Source of the DNA: Marispirochaeta sp.
GTDB lineage: Bacteria > Spirochaetota > Spirochaetia > JC444 > Marispirochaetaceae
Reading direction: 5' to 3'
Length of the DNA: 64,000 bases
NCBI GenBank assembly: GCA_963676835.2
Contig: CAXXFF010000001.1
Location: 64,001-128,000 of the forward strand
Positions 1 to 10,144 of the stretch are shown here, piece after piece. The translations under genes and the position numbers were made by a program. Positions within the stretch are counted from its first letter, which is position 1, and every line of letters begins with the position of its first letter. Under the pieces are notes generated by a model that did no database searches, was not told where the DNA came from, and saw only the letters and a program-made list of their open reading frames with translations.

Positions 1-209
1 TGAAAAAGGTTACCACCCTTATGGCAGCCGAAACAGTAATACAGTTTTTTGTCCTCATCCACGGAAAATGAAGGGGTTTTTTCCGAGTGGAAGGGACAGA
101 TGCCAGTGAAACCGTTTCCTGAAGGCTTGAGGCTTGTATACTGATTTACAATTTCAACCATTGAGGTACGGTCGGAAATCTCCTGTATTTTGGATTGTGG
201 TATCGCCAT
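1..209 (-). CDS. dnaG: DNA primase, N-terminal part (runs off window)
   Basis: Own translation from ATG 209: MAIPQSKIQEI...GICPFHSEKTPSFSV...YYCFGCHKGGN, the CHC2 zinc finger of DnaG; follows mltG. Confidence 0.93.
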   Translation of the reverse strand, partial: MAIPQSKIQEISDRTSMVEIVNQYTSLKPSGNGFTGICPFHSEKTPSFSVDEDKKLYYCFGCHKGGNLF

Positions 210-224
210 TAAGCTGTCTGTTAC

Positions 225-1247
225 CTACTTTGCCTTTATGTAGAGTCTTTTTGCGGCATTATGCTCGTACAGGGTTTCTGAAAATTTATGATTTCCCGCC
301 TGTGGATCCTCGAGAACAAAATAAAGGTATGGACTTTTTTCCGGATTAAACGCTGCCCCAAGGGCGATCTCACCGGGATTGCATATCGGGCCCGGAGGCA
401 GACCGTAATGCTGATAGGTGTTGTAGTCAGAATCAATTTCAAGATCCCGGTAGGTAAGATAGGCAGGGTGTTCTTTCCCCTGCAGCTCTGTAATAACATA
501 TACCACAGTTGCACAGGACTGCAGGGGCATATTAATATCAAGGCGGTTATAAAAAACAGAGGCAATCAGGGGCGCTTCAGAAGGCTGCCTGTATTCACGT
601 TCGATTATACTGGCAAGAATAACCCGGCGATGCAGCTCTTCCGGCTTAATGCCGGTCAGATCAATATTGTTCCGTTCCAGGGTATTTTTAAAGGTTGAAA
701 CCATGTGCCGGAGAACCATTTCAGCCGGGGTCTCAAGGGCCATCCTGTATGTATCCGGATATATGTAACCCTCTGCGGAATCTGCAGGAATTCCCAGTTC
801 ATCAAGGAGTTCCCCGTTTTTCGCCGCTGCAAGAAAATCAGATGATGAAACTATACCGTTTTTTTCAAGAATGTCTGCTGCCTGATGAAGGGTATATCCT
901 TCGGGTATGGTGAGAGTAACCAGATACTGTTTTCCCGTTAAAAGGAGATCATGGACCTCAACAAGGCCCGCCCCCTCGGGCACAGTATAATATCCGGTCT
1001 GAAGATTTCCTTCGGTCTTCATCAGGCGGGCATAGATTTTTAGAGCCATTGCAGAGCGGATAATGCCTTTATCTTCCAGCATAGAAGCAATACCGCTGAC
1101 GGTCTCACCTCTTTTTACCTGAAAGAAAAGATCATCGGCGGCGGTTTCCGGGGCCCTTGTATAGGTATAGGCAGCCCAGCCTGCAGCGCCCGCTCCCATT
1201 AATAGCAGAAGCAGCAGACCGGAAAAGATGTATATAGCTTTTCTCAT
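225..1247 (-). CDS. mltG: Endolytic transglycosylase MltG
   Basis: N-terminal TM helix; LASIIERE, SVFYNRL, YNTY..GLPPGPICNPG, YLYFV motifs of YceG/MltG. Confidence 0.95.
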   Translation of the reverse strand: MRKAIYIFSGLLLLLLMGAGAAGWAAYTYTRAPETAADDLFFQVKRGETVSGIASMLEDKGIIRSAMALKIYARLMKTEGNLQTGYYTVPEGAGLVEVHDLLLTGKQYLVTLTIPEGYTLHQAADILEKNGIVSSSDFLAAAKNGELLDELGIPADSAEGYIYPDTYRMALETPAEMVLRHMVSTFKNTLERNNIDLTGIKPEELHRRVILASIIEREYRQPSEAPLIASVFYNRLDINMPLQSCATVVYVITELQGKEHPAYLTYRDLEIDSDYNTYQHYGLPPGPICNPGEIALGAAFNPEKSPYLYFVLEDPQAGNHKFSETLYEHNAAKRLYIKAK

Positions 1248-4200
1248 TTCTCCAGGATGAACTCCACTCGTCTGTTTTTCCAGTTAACATCCCTGTCGGC
1301 GGGGTCAGCAATCGTTCGGGTTCCTCCCAGGCCTGTAACCTGAAGTCTGCCGGGATGTATACCCCGCTCGATAAGAGAATCCCTTACCGCCGCCGCCCTG
1401 TCTCTGGACAATGGTGCAAGTTCTTCCTGTTCTTCCTTTGGTCCCCGCACCGGATCTCCAGCGTATACAGGGTTTGCATGGCCTTCGATGGTTATACGAT
1501 AGTTTCTGTATTTATTCAGGATTTCGGCGATCCGGTCCAGTACAAACATATTCTTATCTGCAGTTTGTTGGTCCCGCTGGCTAAATTTCGCACTGTTCGG
1601 TTCGAAAACTATTGAAGCTATCTGAATTTTAAGCTTATCCCCTTCACGAATAACCAGAACATCAATGGGCAGACTGCCGTTAACCATGCTGGTGTTGCCA
1701 AGGTCATCCTCAATACTGAATCTGAAAGGATAATCTTCAGCAGCTATTACCAGTTCGCCGTTATTAGCACGACCGTCCCAGATAATATTGCTTTTGGGAG
1801 TTCCTTCCCCGGAAAAGGTGTTAAAAGGATTCATCTGCCGATCGAAAATTTCAAGCTTCCAGTTTTTTATCGGGCTCAGATCATCCACACTGATAGAGAA
1901 ATTCAGTTCATCATCGATACCGTCATTATCGGGGCTGAAAGGCAGGGGTGTCGCATTCATTGAGACGACGGGACTGCTGGCATCTACACGCAAGGGTTTA
2001 AGTTCTGCAGTGGGGGTATCTCCTTTCAGATAGTTAACCGTAAGCCCGGGAGTATACATTCCGTCACGGACAAATCCTTCATTATCAGCACCGTTCCACA
2101 CTATTTCTTCAGGCACAGTTCCATCACCGGAGAAAACGGCATAGTTTTTTACTGCCGTGTCTTTTATTGTCAAAGTCCAGTCACGAATACCGTCACTCAA
2201 AGCAACAATGGGATAGAAAGTTATGGTATCGAATGCCCCGTCATTATTGGGGGAGATCTTGCCCGAATCAGACGTAAGATAAGCTGCGGTATCCCTGTTA
2301 TCGATTCTCAACCCTTCGAGACTGATTGAAGTACTGTTTCCGGCTGGATCTTCAGCACTGAGCTGGTATGTGTATTCACCGTCGACAGCTATATTTCCTG
2401 CTTCATCCCTTCCATGCCAGAGAAAGCTTTCGGGGATTCCTTTCCACCGGTAACTGCGGACAACAGCCCCCTTGCTGTCTTTAACAATGCCCTGCCAGAG
2501 CAGTTCACTGCTTCCACTTTGTACAATGCGAACCTGATCTTTGCTATTATCACCGTTTGGAGAGAAAAGAAGATAATCGGTTTTTATTTCAGCCTTCGGG
2601 GCTACCCGGTCCAGAATAAATGACTGGGAAACTGATTCGGCTCCCGTACCGTTTCTGTCAACAAGTGAAATTCGCGCTTTATACTCACCATCTGCAGCAC
2701 GCTGGCCATCATCGCCGATGCCGTCCCACCGGTATACATCAGAGAGATTTCCGCCTCCGCTGTACTTTTTAACTACATTAGACTGACCGTCTACAATCTG
2801 TATGGTATAGCTTTCTACCCCTTCAGCTACTTTAATCTGCGGTTTAAGTAGAAGTTCATCTTTTTTACCGTCCCCGTTGGGAGAAAAAGCTTCTTTGTCC
2901 GGAAACAGGGCAACCACAGTCTCCCCGGTGGAGACACGGATAGTACGTGTTTCCAGTGAAAAGCTGTTTCCCGCCCGGTCGACAGAAGTCAGGATATACC
3001 TGTAGTCACCATCAGCGGCAATTTCGCCATTGGCGCTGGTTCCATTCCAGACAACTTCAGGGTCAGGCGTTTCGATCCAGCGATATTCACGTACTGTATT
3101 GCCGCCGGCATCCACAATTCTGCTGATCCACTCGGGTTCGATGGAGGTATCCTGGGTTATGACAGAAACATCCCTGTTGCCGTCACCGTTGGGAGAGAAA
3201 ATCAACGGGGATGCGGAGACAGACGCCTTTGGAGGTGTTATATCCAGGGTAAACTCCGGAGAAATGCTGAATGGATTGTTTCCGTTACTGTAACGGGCTT
3301 CGATACGGGCGGTATATGTACCTTCGGGCAGAACAGTGCCACTGTCCGCCTTACCGGTAAATACGAGCGGCCCTGGCGCTTGCGTTGTTCCGGACTGCTG
3401 CCATCTTACCGTACCGGCAGCATCCAGTACCGATATGGACCAGGTACGCAGGGTTTCGGGAGAAGGGACTCCGGGGCTCAAAGTAACCGTATCCTGAACA
3501 TCATCTCCATTGGGAGAAAACCAGGCATTACTGATATTTATGGTAACAGGTCTCGGCCTGGTATCAATAATAAGATTATCCACCGACTTACTGGCGTTGT
3601 TCCCTGCCCGGTCTGCAGCACTTATTGTATAGGTATACACCCCGTCTGCGACCAGGTCCCCATTACGGTTGCGGCCGTCCCAGACAAAATCCGAGGGTTC
3701 TGCATCGGAGATCTTTTTACGGAAAACCTCCCGGCCGCCGTGAGCGGTAATCGCAATGGTCCAGGTCTCTTCCAGGGAGCCGTCCTGCTCTATAAGAACA
3801 GTATCTTTACTTCCGTCATCGTCAGGACTGAAGATAAGCTCCAGGGGCTTTTTTTCTGTTATTTCAATCTCCGGAGGCCGGGTATCAATAACAATTGAAT
3901 ACCTTGGAGATTCTGAACGGTTATTATTGTCATCCCATGCAATAACCCGAAAGCTGTATTCTCCGTCTGCGGCTACTGCACCTTCTTCGGTGGTACCATC
4001 CCAGCGCAGGGTATCGGGAACGGGTATCCCGCTTTTGGTTTTAAACACCCGGGAGAACATATCCTTGAAACTGAAAGATTCCGGCCGTTCTTCCTTGTTA
4101 CCAATGGAACGGACCAGATTTCCTGCGGCATCGTAAATTTCAAGTGCATAGCCTTTTATATACCTGGTATCGTTGAGTTTAAAGGGGAAAACCAGTTCAT

Positions 4201-5500
4201 CCCTGGTGCCGTCATTATTGGGAGAAAGGTAAACTGCACCATCAATCTTAATCAGCTCATTGGGTACTTTAACACCGTCGGATGAACCAGACTGATCCTT
4301 GCTGCTGTCCTGTACAAGAAGCTGTGTTCCATGTGATTTTTCACCAGACTTAAAAGCAGCACCTTTTATAGCGGCTGCAGGGCTCACAGGAGAAACAGGG
4401 AAAGGAGAACCAAGGCTCACCGGTACGTTTTCAGTTTCAGACTCTCCTTCTTCAACCGGTGTATAAGGCAGATCTCCAAGATCGATTTCTATTTCCGGTG
4501 GTGTTTTGTCGATTATTCCAAGAGGCAGGCTTACCCCCGCACCGATTCCCCAGGCACCGCCGGCAAGAGGGGCCATGCCAAACTGGGGCTGAATATCACC
4601 CTGGGCATAGCCTTTACTGGAAAAATCAACAATCTTGCTGCTGCTTAAATTTGTCTGAAAGCTGAAACGAAGACCGAAGGAGGGGATAAAACGGTATGTA
4701 TCAAAATCACCGTCAATTACATCATCGAAATCAACCGCCTCGGAGAGGCCAATCTGCAGGTTCTGCCCGATGTTAGCCTGAAGCCCTGCAGTGAGTCTCA
4801 GGTTCTGCATAGAGGCAAGTGCCGCATCGGCGTTTACGTCCAGGGTAAATCCTTCCTTTACCAGAGGAGTAAAAGCGCCACCAAGCTGAAGAGTAAACGG
4901 TGACGGAATGGAAGAATAATTGTCTGAAGGGTTATACCAGAGGCCGAAATCCTTGGCGGTAAGACCCCAGCGAAAATCGTTCAGGAGCTGGTATTTACCA
5001 AGAAAGTGAATAAAACCGGCATCGAGGGTGGCTCCGTAATCAAAAAAATCGTTGGACCCCAGATAGATGTTCAGGCCGCCGCCTACATAAAGGTTCTCAT
5101 ACACATCCTTGGCAAAGCCGCCGTTAGCCATGAAGGTACTGCCAAGATCAAGCCCTTCGTAATCGGCAGAAAGGAAATGACCGCCCCAGGTAAACACCCC
5201 GGTTTTACTGGGATGCGAACCTGACAGGCTCATGGAGTGGCCGGCTATTCCCTGATCATATTCACTGTCATAGATTGCGACATAACCGAGATCGAAGGTT
5301 GGGCGTTGTGTACCTGCTGCGGCAGCGGGGTTCCAGGCCGCTGCCGCAGGAGCATCGGTAGAAACGACAGAAGTTCCACGTCCAAGCATCCATGGAGATA
5401 AGAGCCTGAAATAGCTTTCTTCTCCGGCGGGTGGATTATATTGCGCAAATGCAGACCCGGTAAAAATCAGTATAAGAGCAATAAAGAAAAATTTTCTCAT
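1244..5500 (-). CDS. Large secreted protein with FlgD Ig-like repeats and C-terminal OmpA-like peptidoglycan-binding domain
   Basis: Signal peptide; about 8 repeats of FSPNxD...W(D/N)G...DGxY; C-terminal IEGHAN...LSxDRA...NRRVEF. Confidence 0.85.
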   Translation of the reverse strand: MRKFFFIALILIFTGSAFAQYNPPAGEESYFRLLSPWMLGRGTSVVSTDAPAAAAWNPAAAAGTQRPTFDLGYVAIYDSEYDQGIAGHSMSLSGSHPSKTGVFTWGGHFLSADYEGLDLGSTFMANGGFAKDVYENLYVGGGLNIYLGSNDFFDYGATLDAGFIHFLGKYQLLNDFRWGLTAKDFGLWYNPSDNYSSIPSPFTLQLGGAFTPLVKEGFTLDVNADAALASMQNLRLTAGLQANIGQNLQIGLSEAVDFDDVIDGDFDTYRFIPSFGLRFSFQTNLSSSKIVDFSSKGYAQGDIQPQFGMAPLAGGAWGIGAGVSLPLGIIDKTPPEIEIDLGDLPYTPVEEGESETENVPVSLGSPFPVSPVSPAAAIKGAAFKSGEKSHGTQLLVQDSSKDQSGSSDGVKVPNELIKIDGAVYLSPNNDGTRDELVFPFKLNDTRYIKGYALEIYDAAGNLVRSIGNKEERPESFSFKDMFSRVFKTKSGIPVPDTLRWDGTTEEGAVAADGEYSFRVIAWDDNNNRSESPRYSIVIDTRPPEIEITEKKPLELIFSPDDDGSKDTVLIEQDGSLEETWTIAITAHGGREVFRKKISDAEPSDFVWDGRNRNGDLVADGVYTYTISAADRAGNNASKSVDNLIIDTRPRPVTINISNAWFSPNGDDVQDTVTLSPGVPSPETLRTWSISVLDAAGTVRWQQSGTTQAPGPLVFTGKADSGTVLPEGTYTARIEARYSNGNNPFSISPEFTLDITPPKASVSASPLIFSPNGDGNRDVSVITQDTSIEPEWISRIVDAGGNTVREYRWIETPDPEVVWNGTSANGEIAADGDYRYILTSVDRAGNSFSLETRTIRVSTGETVVALFPDKEAFSPNGDGKKDELLLKPQIKVAEGVESYTIQIVDGQSNVVKKYSGGGNLSDVYRWDGIGDDGQRAADGEYKARISLVDRNGTGAESVSQSFILDRVAPKAEIKTDYLLFSPNGDNSKDQVRIVQSGSSELLWQGIVKDSKGAVVRSYRWKGIPESFLWHGRDEAGNIAVDGEYTYQLSAEDPAGNSTSISLEGLRIDNRDTAAYLTSDSGKISPNNDGAFDTITFYPIVALSDGIRDWTLTIKDTAVKNYAVFSGDGTVPEEIVWNGADNEGFVRDGMYTPGLTVNYLKGDTPTAELKPLRVDASSPVVSMNATPLPFSPDNDGIDDELNFSISVDDLSPIKNWKLEIFDRQMNPFNTFSGEGTPKSNIIWDGRANNGELVIAAEDYPFRFSIEDDLGNTSMVNGSLPIDVLVIREGDKLKIQIASIVFEPNSAKFSQRDQQTADKNMFVLDRIAEILNKYRNYRITIEGHANPVYAGDPVRGPKEEQEELAPLSRDRAAAVRDSLIERGIHPGRLQVTGLGGTRTIADPADRDVNWKNRRVEFILEK

Positions 5501-5532
5501 TGGATCCTCCGTTTGATTACATGGGGGTAAAT

Positions 5533-5742
5533 TTATTGATTTTGTTTAAGAACATCAATGTTTCTGGAATAAAGCTCAGATAATTTCTCCAACTCATCAA
5601 TGGATAGGTTATCATAAAGCCGTTCAGAAATCCGCTTCAGCAGGTTTTCCATAACAGAATCAAGCTCTTTGCTGCCGTCGTTTAAATGAAGATATAGGGC
5701 TACAATTTCCCGTGAACTTAATTCGAATCCGGCATTCTTCAT
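5533..5742 (-). CDS. Small hypothetical protein
   Basis: 69-aa ORF, ATGA overlap with upstream gene. Confidence 0.7.
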   Translation of the reverse strand: MKNAGFELSSREIVALYLHLNDGSKELDSVMENLLKRISERLYDNLSIDELEKLSELYSRNIDVLKQNQ

Positions 5743-6683
5743 AAGCTGAACTCTTTTCCTTCAACGGCCAACTCGATCTGCAGATCACGGCTTTTCTGAT
5801 GATGCATGTACCACCGGGCAGATTGTTCAATACCGTACAGTTTCTTGTCGTCATAATGCGGTTCATGATGAAACAGAAAAAGCCTCTTAACCTTCCAGGC
5901 AGCCGCAAAGTCAACGGCAAGACTATATGACGAATGACCCCAGTCATATTTTTCGATTGCTTCGTCCAGGGTATATTGACTGTCCATGATTAAAGCATCG
6001 GCATTACTGTAAAAACGAATATTATCTTCTGTGTGTATGAAGTCATCCTGTACAAGTTCGGTATCGGTGGAAAAAATAACCGACTTGCCCTCTTCTGTAA
6101 CTTTATAGGAGACAGAACTTCCGGGATGTTTCATTTTTCTCCAGGATATCCGTGATGTTCCAAGGCGAATTTCTTTAGCCTTCAGATGATGAAAACTAAT
6201 GGCAGCATTCATACTCTCCATACCAATGGGGAAAAAGGGCTGCTGCATCTGTTTTTCGAGGATACTTTTCAGGTTTTCAACGGGGCTGTAAAAATGTATT
6301 TCACAGCGGCTGTCGTACACCTGGGGAGCAAAAAAAGGCAGCCCCTGAAGATGATCCCAGTGAAAGTGGGTAAAGAAGATATGATATACACGGATATGCT
6401 TGTCCTGGCGTCGCAGCTGATTACCAAGCTCTCGGATACCGGATCCGGCATCGATAATAATCATGGTATCGTCGGACAGGTTTATTTCCAGACAGGTGGT
6501 GTTTCCCCCGACTGTTCCCATAATGTATTCCGGCAGTTCTGATAGAAACTTCTCTCTGGAAGCCATCGATTCAAGATGATACGGCTCTATACGCTGAACC
6601 GCAGCGGCAATCCTGCTTTGAATCTGGGCAGAACTCAAAGGTGTTGGAATCGACCCGCGAACCCCCCAGAAACGAACCCTCAT
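5739..6683 (-). CDS. MBL-fold metallo-hydrolase
   Basis: GVRGSIPTP, GGNTTC, THFHWDHLQG (HxHxDH), DTE, GHSS, FHHEP. Confidence 0.92.
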   Translation of the reverse strand: MRVRFWGVRGSIPTPLSSAQIQSRIAAAVQRIEPYHLESMASREKFLSELPEYIMGTVGGNTTCLEINLSDDTMIIIDAGSGIRELGNQLRRQDKHIRVYHIFFTHFHWDHLQGLPFFAPQVYDSRCEIHFYSPVENLKSILEKQMQQPFFPIGMESMNAAISFHHLKAKEIRLGTSRISWRKMKHPGSSVSYKVTEEGKSVIFSTDTELVQDDFIHTEDNIRFYSNADALIMDSQYTLDEAIEKYDWGHSSYSLAVDFAAAWKVKRLFLFHHEPHYDDKKLYGIEQSARWYMHHQKSRDLQIELAVEGKEFSL

Positions 6684-7174
6684 TCATCACCTTCCAGAAG
6701 TGGTTCCTCCACTCTCTGCTGAAGCCGGTCTTTAATTTCACGCATGGAGTACAAACGGCCTCTGTTTGCGCCTGGACACAGCCTGGCAAGATGATTCCAG
6801 TCATCTTTGGAACCAAGATTATTGCTCCAGAAAGGGTACGTGCTGCACTGCACAGGCCGGGCTTTATATACTGAACATCCGCCCTCTTCCCAGAATATAC
6901 AGTCGTAATTATCCTTTTCCTTAAGGCTAAGACGGCTGAATCCGCCTATATTCACAGAACGGCAGTACTTTTTCCGGAATTCACCATTACGCAGGCCTAA
7001 AGCATCTGAGAGTTTTAAGAGATCTGTTCTGGTAAGAAATACATATCCGGGTTCATGTCTGCAGCAGCTGGAACAGCCGGTACATTCAAAACGAAGACCA
7101 TTTACATAGAACGGTTCCGTACTCACATAAACCTCCCGGCACAATCGCCTAAAAGTTACTTTAAGGTACCTCAA
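6680..7174 (-). CDS. YkgJ-family cysteine-cluster protein (true start probably ~7129)
   Basis: FECTGCSSCC...CIFW..GCSVY..RPVQCSTYPFW...CPG. Confidence 0.88.
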   Translation of the reverse strand: MRYLKVTFRRLCREVYVSTEPFYVNGLRFECTGCSSCCRHEPGYVFLTRTDLLKLSDALGLRNGEFRKKYCRSVNIGGFSRLSLKEKDNYDCIFWEEGGCSVYKARPVQCSTYPFWSNNLGSKDDWNHLARLCPGANRGRLYSMREIKDRLQQRVEEPLLEGDE

Positions 7175-7202
7175 AAACTACTGTTTGAGAATTCATGTAA
7201 AT

Positions 7203-7243
7203 AAAAAAAGGCTCTCCAGCTGTACAGCTTTGGAGAGCCTTTT
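7203..7243 (-). terminator. Intrinsic terminator after tRNA-Tyr
   Basis: AAAAAAAGGCTCTCCA...TGGAGAGCCTTTT hairpin with A/T tracts. Confidence 0.8.
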
Positions 7244-7325
7244 TGGGGAGAGAAGGATTCGAACCTTCGAAGGCTGAGCCAACAGATTTACAGTCTGCCC
7301 CCTTTGGCCACTCGGGAACCTCCCC
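7244..7325 (-). tRNA. tRNA-Tyr(GTA)
   Basis: GGGGAGG/TCTCCCC acceptor, GCAGA-CTGTAAA-TCTGT anticodon arm, long variable arm, GGTTCGAATCC T loop. Confidence 0.97.
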
Positions 7326-7336
7326 AGGTAGGCAGG

Positions 7337-7365
7337 ATATTAACAAAGCCTGTAAAACATGTCAA
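7337..7365 (-). promoter_or_regulatory. Sigma70 promoter of tRNA-Tyr
   Basis: TTGACA-17 bp-TAATAT just upstream of the tRNA. Confidence 0.8.
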
Positions 7366-7371
7366 TAAGTT

Positions 7372-8124
7372 TTATTTAAAAACTCTGCCTGCATCCACAA
7401 TTAAACTCTGTCCGGTAATACTGTCGTTTTTCACGAACATAACAACCGCATCGGTTACATCATCTTTGTCTGCGGCACGCTTTAAAACACTTAAATCAAC
7501 AGAGCTTTTTCTGTGAGAGTCGGTCAGATTTCCGGTCATTCTGGTCCCTTCCATAAGTCCCGGCGCTACATCGTTTACCAGGATGTTATCCGGCGCAAGA
7601 CCGACTGCAAGACAGCGGGACAGGTGCTGAAGCCCTGCTTTGGAAACAGAGTATGCAATGCTGCTGGAATTGGGAATATTACCACCAATGGATGAAATGG
7701 TAACGATACGCCCTCCTCCCCTTTTTTTCATATAAGAAGCAGCCTGCCGTGCTGCGACATAGGGAGAAAGAAGGTTGAAATGGAGAATATACTCAAACTT
7801 TTCCGGTGTAAGTGTTTCCAGATCGGAAAATGCAATCGCCTCGTTATAGGCAGCATCAAGAACAAGAATATCAATACCGCCGAATGCATCGGCTGCCGCC
7901 TTGAGCATGGAAGCTGTGCCTTCTTCGCTGGTAACATCCGCCTGAGTGATGATAGCCTCTGCACCCATGGCTTTAATTTCCGCCAGATAGCCTTCGGCCT
8001 TCTCTTTTGAACGGCCGTAAACCATGCACAGTTTAGCTCCCTCTTCAGCAAGACGTCGGCAGATTCTCCAGCCGAGTCCGCCTGTGGCTCCTGTGACCAC
8101 TGCAACCTTATCTTTAATATCCAT
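7372..8124 (-). CDS. SDR-family NAD(P)-dependent oxidoreductase
   Basis: TGATGGLG, YSVSK (YxxxK), VAPG, ITGQ..VDAG. Confidence 0.93.
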   Translation of the reverse strand: MDIKDKVAVVTGATGGLGWRICRRLAEEGAKLCMVYGRSKEKAEGYLAEIKAMGAEAIITQADVTSEEGTASMLKAAADAFGGIDILVLDAAYNEAIAFSDLETLTPEKFEYILHFNLLSPYVAARQAASYMKKRGGGRIVTISSIGGNIPNSSSIAYSVSKAGLQHLSRCLAVGLAPDNILVNDVAPGLMEGTRMTGNLTDSHRKSSVDLSVLKRAADKDDVTDAVVMFVKNDSITGQSLIVDAGRVFK

Positions 8125-8252
8125 AGTAACTCCTTGTCAGCTGTAATACGTTTAATGCGATATTGCTGTCATTCTATTTCATTATGGCTATGGTGAAAAG
8201 ATGCTATAGCAATACTTTCCTCTTTTGAACTTTAAACTTTTGCGGGAAAACG

Positions 8253-8287
8253 AAAAAAACCCTGCAGCATGAGAGCCTGCAGGGTTT
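8253..8287 (-). terminator. Intrinsic terminator of the ABC-amidohydrolase operon
   Basis: AAACCCTGCAG...CTGCAGGGTTT stem followed by U-tract on minus strand. Confidence 0.75.
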
Positions 8288-8319
8288 AAATAAAACATGT
8301 ACGAAACAGAGCAGAATTC

Positions 8320-9057
8320 TCAACTCAAGTTAAAGACCTTCTCTGCTGTTCCTGCAAAGCACATTTCCAGAGCATCGTCGGAGAGCCCGATTGCCCGGTA
8401 TTTTGCAAGTTCCACAGGAACATTCGCAAGCAGATCCGACCCGAACATCATTCTGTCCGGTCCGACTCCGCCTACCATAGCTTTAAGATCGTAAACGGTA
8501 GCCCAGCTGGTTTCCAGATATACATTGCTGCATTCCTGAGCAACGATAACTGCTTCTGATCCGAAAACACCGCCTCCGGAATGTGCCATAACAATGGTAA
8601 GATCCGGGTACTTTCGCGCCACCGGGATTATCAGTGACGGCAGCGCAACCGGCATTCCGGTGCCGGTATGTATCATAACCGGCACACCCAGCTCCAGGGC
8701 TGTTCGGTAAATCTTATCCGCCCCGGGATGGGTTGGGGCCATACAGAAGGCATAAGGCTGCAGCTTTAGTGCAACAAATCCAAGATCATTCACTGCCCAA
8801 CGCACCGATTCGATATAACTCTTCTCGTCCATATAGGGGTTGAAACAGGTCAGGCCATAGGCCCGGCCGGGATTGTCATCCACAAAACGTTTAATACGTT
8901 CATGGGCTTTTACCGGATCATTGGTAACCATTCCGGGCTGAACAATCTGGGCTGTGAGGCCGTTTTCCTCCATTGACTTCAGCAGCTCCTGTTCCGTATC
9001 GTCCGTAAGAAACATAAGATCCTCACCAAGGTGCATATGGGCATCGATAATCTTCAT
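8320..9057 (-). CDS. Amidohydrolase family protein (Amidohydro_2-like)
   Basis: IIDAHMH, IHTG, AHSG, FGSD motifs. Confidence 0.9.
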   Translation of the reverse strand: MKIIDAHMHLGEDLMFLTDDTEQELLKSMEENGLTAQIVQPGMVTNDPVKAHERIKRFVDDNPGRAYGLTCFNPYMDEKSYIESVRWAVNDLGFVALKLQPYAFCMAPTHPGADKIYRTALELGVPVMIHTGTGMPVALPSLIIPVARKYPDLTIVMAHSGGGVFGSEAVIVAQECSNVYLETSWATVYDLKAMVGGVGPDRMMFGSDLLANVPVELAKYRAIGLSDDALEMCFAGTAEKVFNLS

Positions 9058-9107
9058 AATTCTATGCTACTCCTGTTTCGCCTTCTTCTCTAACTTACCC
9101 TGTTTTC

Positions 9108-10085
9108 CTATTTTTCCATTGCGGGAAATACGTTTTCGATGAGGGTATCCATGGAAGCTTCAACTGTTTCCTTGGTTACCAGGAATGTGGGTACACTGAC
9201 TTTTTTGGCAGGAGTCTTCCCGTTCAGGTAATCAACTGCTGCACGCAGTGCTTCACGTCCCATGAGTACACCCTGCTGTATTGCCATGGCACCAACTTTT
9301 CCGTCTTTCATGGCACCGATGGATTCGGGGCTGCCGTCAAAACCGGCAAGAACCATTTCGTTAGTCCGCCCGACATTCTCGATTGCAACCATGGCTCCGA
9401 GAGTTCCTTCATCGTATCCGGTAAAAATACCGCGCAGATTCGGGTGTGCTACGAGCAGATCCTGAGCATACTTCATTGCTTCCGCCCGGGTATAGTTCTT
9501 GGCTTCAAGTACAGCAACAACCTTGGAACCGGCTTTTTCTACTGCATCTTTCATTCCCGCAAGACGATCTTTTCCGTTCTGTCTGGTAAGAGAGATATTG
9601 ATCATGGCCACATCGCCGCCTTTCCAGCCATTGGCTTCCATCTGCTGCGCGATGTATTCACCGGCAGCATTAGCTCCGCCGTAGTTATCGGAGATAACAA
9701 AAGAGACATACTCACCGGAATCAGTTCCGATATCGCAGACAACCACAGGGACATTGGCTTGTGCAGCAAGCTCAAGAACCGGAGGACATGATGCACTGTC
9801 AGTGGGAGAAATGATAATAGCATCAACACCCGCGGTGATCAGGTCCTGAACATTCTTAAGCTGAGTAGACGCGCTGTTACGGGAATCTGAATCGATAATC
9901 TTCACACCAAGTTTATCTGCTTCAGCATGAATACCGCCGGCCAGATCCCGCCAGAACGGAATATCCAGGCCGGGAGTCACATAAGCGATCCGGGTCTGGC
10001 CACCATCGGCCTCCTGCCCACCTTTTGCCATAAGTGACACTCCGCAGAGCATCACTATAAGAACAATAAGTCCAAGTTTTTTCAT
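9108..10085 (-). CDS. Sugar ABC transporter substrate-binding protein (RbsB-like)
   Basis: Signal peptide; PFW, VDAIIISPTDS, SDNYGG, GFDG motifs. Confidence 0.92.
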   Translation of the reverse strand: MKKLGLIVLIVMLCGVSLMAKGGQEADGGQTRIAYVTPGLDIPFWRDLAGGIHAEADKLGVKIIDSDSRNSASTQLKNVQDLITAGVDAIIISPTDSASCPPVLELAAQANVPVVVCDIGTDSGEYVSFVISDNYGGANAAGEYIAQQMEANGWKGGDVAMINISLTRQNGKDRLAGMKDAVEKAGSKVVAVLEAKNYTRAEAMKYAQDLLVAHPNLRGIFTGYDEGTLGAMVAIENVGRTNEMVLAGFDGSPESIGAMKDGKVGAMAIQQGVLMGREALRAAVDYLNGKTPAKKVSVPTFLVTKETVEASMDTLIENVFPAMEK

Positions 10086-10144
10086 AATCTTTCCTCCTTA
10101 TTGGTTATGAAAAAGTGCTTTTGAAAATATGTCATCATCCCCGT

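Noticed and set aside
7161..7346. 61-aa ORF
   Set aside because: It is a translation of tRNA-Tyr and its terminator
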